This document shows, piece by piece, positions 60,989 to 64,000 of a stretch of DNA of 64,000 bases (position 1 is its first letter; the number at the start of each line of letters is the position of its first letter). The notes under the pieces were generated by a model. It worked only from the letters and a program-made list of their open reading frames with translations, had not been told where the DNA came from and did no database searches. The stretch lies in NCBI GenBank assembly GCA_038741495.1, contig JAVYKX010000001.1, positions 54,918 through 118,917 of the forward strand, written 5' to 3'. Both the position numbers and the translations under genes were made by a program. This stretch comes from Thermofilum sp. (GTDB lineage Archaea > Thermoproteota > Thermoprotei > Thermofilales > Thermofilaceae).

Positions 60989-62611
60989 ATGCGGAGAGGT
61001 CAAACCGAGGTACTAGCAGCCCTTCTCACAACGCTGATCGTGGTAGCGGCTTTCGCCACACTTTGGCTCTACCTCCTCCCCCAGTACTTGGAGCTGGAGC
61101 AAGCTTCAACTTGGAGCGCAACGCAGGCCAGACTGGCGGCTGCGGAGAGCCTGGTCCTAGAGCGCGCGAGGGTCAGCGGTAGGAGTGTAAACCTGACCGT
61201 GATTAACACCGGAAGTGTAGAGATCACTCTAGGCTCAATCTACGTGAACGAAACACTCGTTTGGATCGGCTCGGAAACACTGCAACCCGGCCAGTCCAGC
61301 AGCATAGCCGCAAGCATCCCCGCAAGTGGAACTCACCTCATCATCAAGCTCTGCACCACCCGCGGAAACTGCTGGACCTTCAGAGAGAGCACAACCCTCG
61401 CAAGCCAGCCCCCTCCACCCCCACCGCCGCCCCCTCCACCCCCACCGCCTCCTCCTCCGCCACCGCCCGGGCAGCCCCGCTTCGCAATCACATCTTACAA
61501 CACCACGCTGAGGGGAGCCCCCGGAGCCAGCGTCAGATTCGTGTTCACAGTCAGCAACACAGGCAGCGCGCCGGGAACAGTAACCGTCAGCGTGTACGAC
61601 CATGGCGGGGCTCTTAAAGCGAGCACTTCGCTGTACTTGAACAATGGCTCTTCTGCTCAAAGAGAGCTGTCCCTTCTTCTTCCTTCAGATAGAGGAACCT
61701 ACATCTGGACAGTTAAAGCGTTTAACAACCAGACGCTAGCCTACGATGACGAGAAGCAGTTCACCGTCCAGGTAGTTGACCTGGTTCTCGCGAGCAGGAC
61801 AGCTTTCCTGTACGAGAGGTTCGAGAGCCTGCCAAGCGGGTGGACCGCAGTGGGCGGAAGCTGGACGATAGTCAGTAACTGCTGGGCAGGCAGCTGCCTT
61901 CAAGGCACAGACAACAACCGCGGGCCGGGCGGATCCTCAGTGTACGTTTGGCAGGGAAGCACTCCCCCAAGCTTCCAGGTGCTCGTAAAGCTGGGCAACG
62001 CTGCTCAGAACGATCGAACTTACAGGGGCGTCGCCCTGCTGGAGAGCATTTCGTCAACATCACGCCTCTACGCCGCCACCCTCTACCCTATAGGAAACTT
62101 CATCAGGCTACAACTGAGGCTCTACACCACTGCTTGGTCCAACCTTGCGACTTACCAGAGCAACTTTGCTTCGAGCTGGTACACGCTCCACTTATCCTAT
62201 ACGCGGTCAGGTAACCAGAACAGCTTCATCATCACTTTCTACGACAACAGCGGAGCAGCGCTCGGCAGCATCAGCACAGCTGACGGCACGCTCCAACCCA
62301 GGTACCTAGCACTCATCGTAGACGGCGGTAGAGCATCCCTCTTCGACGAGCTCGTCGCCGCTACCGGAGACCCCCGCTTCGTCAACGTGACCGGGCTGCC
62401 GAGCGGCTGGAGAGTAGAGCTCTGGCAAGGCGCCACGCTCGTCGCATCCGCCACTGCAGACACAAGCGGGAACGCTGCGCTCAACGTCCTCCAAAAGCCG
62501 ATCATCGAGGGAGCCACCTTCAAAATCGTAGACGAGCAGGGACAGCCAGTGATAAGCAGAGACTTCAACCTAGTAGTTGGCGGAGACACGTACCAGTTCG
62601 TTCAAGGGTAG
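60989..62611 (+). CDS. type IV pilin-like protein (class III signal peptide) with polyproline linker and beta-sandwich domains
   Basis: MRRG/QTEVLAALL.. prepilin site, Pro20 at 61409-61468, Ig/CARDB-like and lectin-like regions. Confidence 0.8.
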   Translation: MRRGQTEVLAALLTTLIVVAAFATLWLYLLPQYLELEQASTWSATQARLAAAESLVLERARVSGRSVNLTVINTGSVEITLGSIYVNETLVWIGSETLQPGQSSSIAASIPASGTHLIIKLCTTRGNCWTFRESTTLASQPPPPPPPPPPPPPPPPPPPPGQPRFAITSYNTTLRGAPGASVRFVFTVSNTGSAPGTVTVSVYDHGGALKASTSLYLNNGSSAQRELSLLLPSDRGTYIWTVKAFNNQTLAYDDEKQFTVQVVDLVLASRTAFLYERFESLPSGWTAVGGSWTIVSNCWAGSCLQGTDNNRGPGGSSVYVWQGSTPPSFQVLVKLGNAAQNDRTYRGVALLESISSTSRLYAATLYPIGNFIRLQLRLYTTAWSNLATYQSNFASSWYTLHLSYTRSGNQNSFIITFYDNSGAALGSISTADGTLQPRYLALIVDGGRASLFDELVAATGDPRFVNVTGLPSGWRVELWQGATLVASATADTSGNAALNVLQKPIIEGATFKIVDEQGQPVISRDFNLVVGGDTYQFVQG

Positions 62612-62636
62612 AAAAATCCTTTAAGAGCTATCTCGC

Positions 62637-63056
62637 CTAAGCACGGAAAACGTACGTGGCCTCAGCTCCGCCGCTCGACGAGACCTTCGCGATGTACGTC
62701 GTGCCAGCAGCCAGAGCGCAGTTGCCTAGGTTCACTGCCTCGGTACTCGCTCTCGGAATGGCGACAGCAGCGCCTCCGCCGCAAACAGCTGTGAAGCTCT
62801 CTGTGAGAACGTAGGCGCTTATAATGCTCGTATCAACCTCGCCGATATTCGAGACGTAGATCGAAACAGTGTTAGTAGTGGTGTTATAACTGACTGCATC
62901 GATCTTTATTCTCTCTCTGAGCTGCCCGGGGACTTCTCGGGGGGAGAGGGTGCCCATGTAGCCTGTTACCCAGATGTACGTGAGGACTGCAGCTACGACA
63001 GCGATGACGATGAGCAGGAGCGTCGCTATTACGGGGCTGATTCCTTTCCTTCTCAT
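62637..63056 (-). CDS. archaeal type IV pilin
   Basis: MRRKG/ISPVIATLLLIVIAVVAAVLTYIW class III signal peptide; small globular head. Confidence 0.93.
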   Translation of the reverse strand: MRRKGISPVIATLLLIVIAVVAAVLTYIWVTGYMGTLSPREVPGQLRERIKIDAVSYNTTTNTVSIYVSNIGEVDTSIISAYVLTESFTAVCGGGAAVAIPRASTEAVNLGNCALAAGTTYIAKVSSSGGAEATYVFRA

Positions 63057-63183
63057 GCTTCTTCAGTTTAGCTGCTGCACGCTCCCTTTTATTCTTAACT
63101 TGTAAACTGTTCTCGTCGTGGTGCTAAACGCTCTTCAGCCTCTATAGGTACTGCTTAAATATAGGTTTCGGGGGGAGGGTTTC

Positions 63184-64000
63184 GTGGCTCGTAGAGGGGT
63201 TTCGGCGGCGGTGGGTACTCTGCTCTTCGCGGTGATCGCGTCAGCTTTCTTAGCGTTGATGCTCAGGATGTTCTACGACTTGAGCGCGCTGGCGGGCGAG
63301 CTCTCTCTAGCGGCGCGCGAGAAGGAGCGGGAGGGGGTGCCCAGCGTGAAGCTCAACTACACTGCGCTGCGGAGCGTGTACGCTGAAGTTACCCCGCTCG
63401 TGCACGGGGGTTACGCGGCGCAGGGGGATTTGTACTCTGTCAAGTGCCTCAACGCTTCCGATCCGGGCGCGCGGCAGGCGCTCTCAGGGGTCGTGTTCCC
63501 CGTAGCAGCTAGCGGCTGCGTCGCGCTGGTTAGGGTGAGGGTGGAGAAGGGGTCTCTCGGCTCCATCGGGAACCTTACCGTCGCTGTCTTCGGCTCTCCC
63601 GCGTTTGTCGAGGTGTACGAGGGCGGGGACGGCGCGTGGAGGCTGGCTGCGGCTTACGTCCTCAACGGGAGCGCGGTGCTCGCAAGCTACAGGAATTTCT
63701 CGCTTATCTACGCGTACAACCCGAATGCCTCCGCTAGCTTTAACCTCACGCTCAGCAATCTCCAGAACTTCTCAGCAGATGTATCGAGTGTCACCGAGGT
63801 TTTCGTGACTAACACGGGGCCTGCTCTGCTCGACGTGAGGGCTGTGTGGTTGCTGAACGAGACGTACGAGCAGCGGCTAGAGGAGCGGAGGGTTCTCGCC
63901 CCCGGCGAGTCTCACGTTTTCCGCTTCGCGACAGCGGTCACTTTGAACGGAAGCTACGAGGTTAGGGTGGTGACTAGCCTCACCACTTACGTGTACAGGT
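63184..64000 (+). CDS. pilin-like protein, class III signal peptide (3'-partial, not in ORF track)
   Basis: Manual translation MARRG/VSAAVGTLLFAVIASAFLALML...VTNTGPALLDVRAVWL...LAPGES; frame open to the window end. Confidence 0.8.
   Translation, partial: MARRGVSAAVGTLLFAVIASAFLALMLRMFYDLSALAGELSLAAREKEREGVPSVKLNYTALRSVYAEVTPLVHGGYAAQGDLYSVKCLNASDPGARQALSGVVFPVAASGCVALVRVRVEKGSLGSIGNLTVAVFGSPAFVEVYEGGDGAWRLAAAYVLNGSAVLASYRNFSLIYAYNPNASASFNLTLSNLQNFSADVSSVTEVFVTNTGPALLDVRAVWLLNETYEQRLEERRVLAPGESHVFRFATAVTLNGSYEVRVVTSLTTYVYR

Overview
Core-genome window from a GC-rich hyperthermophilic crenarchaeon, most likely Thermoproteales/Thermofilaceae. That placement is inferred from Rpo8, S30e, unsplit Rpo2, split Rpo1, GatDE, and six tRNAs that all carry BHB introns, several at non-canonical positions. 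Most of the window is housekeeping: RNA polymerase subunits, ribosomal proteins, tRNA maturation enzymes (ThiI, TgtA, Pus10, CCA, ThpR, archease, RtcB, RNase Z-like), GatDE, ArgRS, GlyRS, Moco genes, RFC and Cdc6. No CRISPR array, transposase, integrase or rRNA was seen. The strongest unusual signal is a translationally coupled pair divergent from cdc6: a Ras-superfamily small GTPase (53121-53861) and a protein resembling the TRAPP subunit Bet3/TRAPPC3 by eye (53858-54553), followed by a long intergenic hairpin and a convergent ACT-V4R gene. Other notable items are a symmetric four-box AT-rich DNA element (56616-56733), a perfect 25-bp operator-like palindrome between an HTH gene and rtcB, two unannotated C/D-box sRNAs, an identical intron shared by two neighbouring tRNAs, and a class III pilin cluster with a polyproline-linked putative adhesin. 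All family calls are by motif recognition, with no database searches run.
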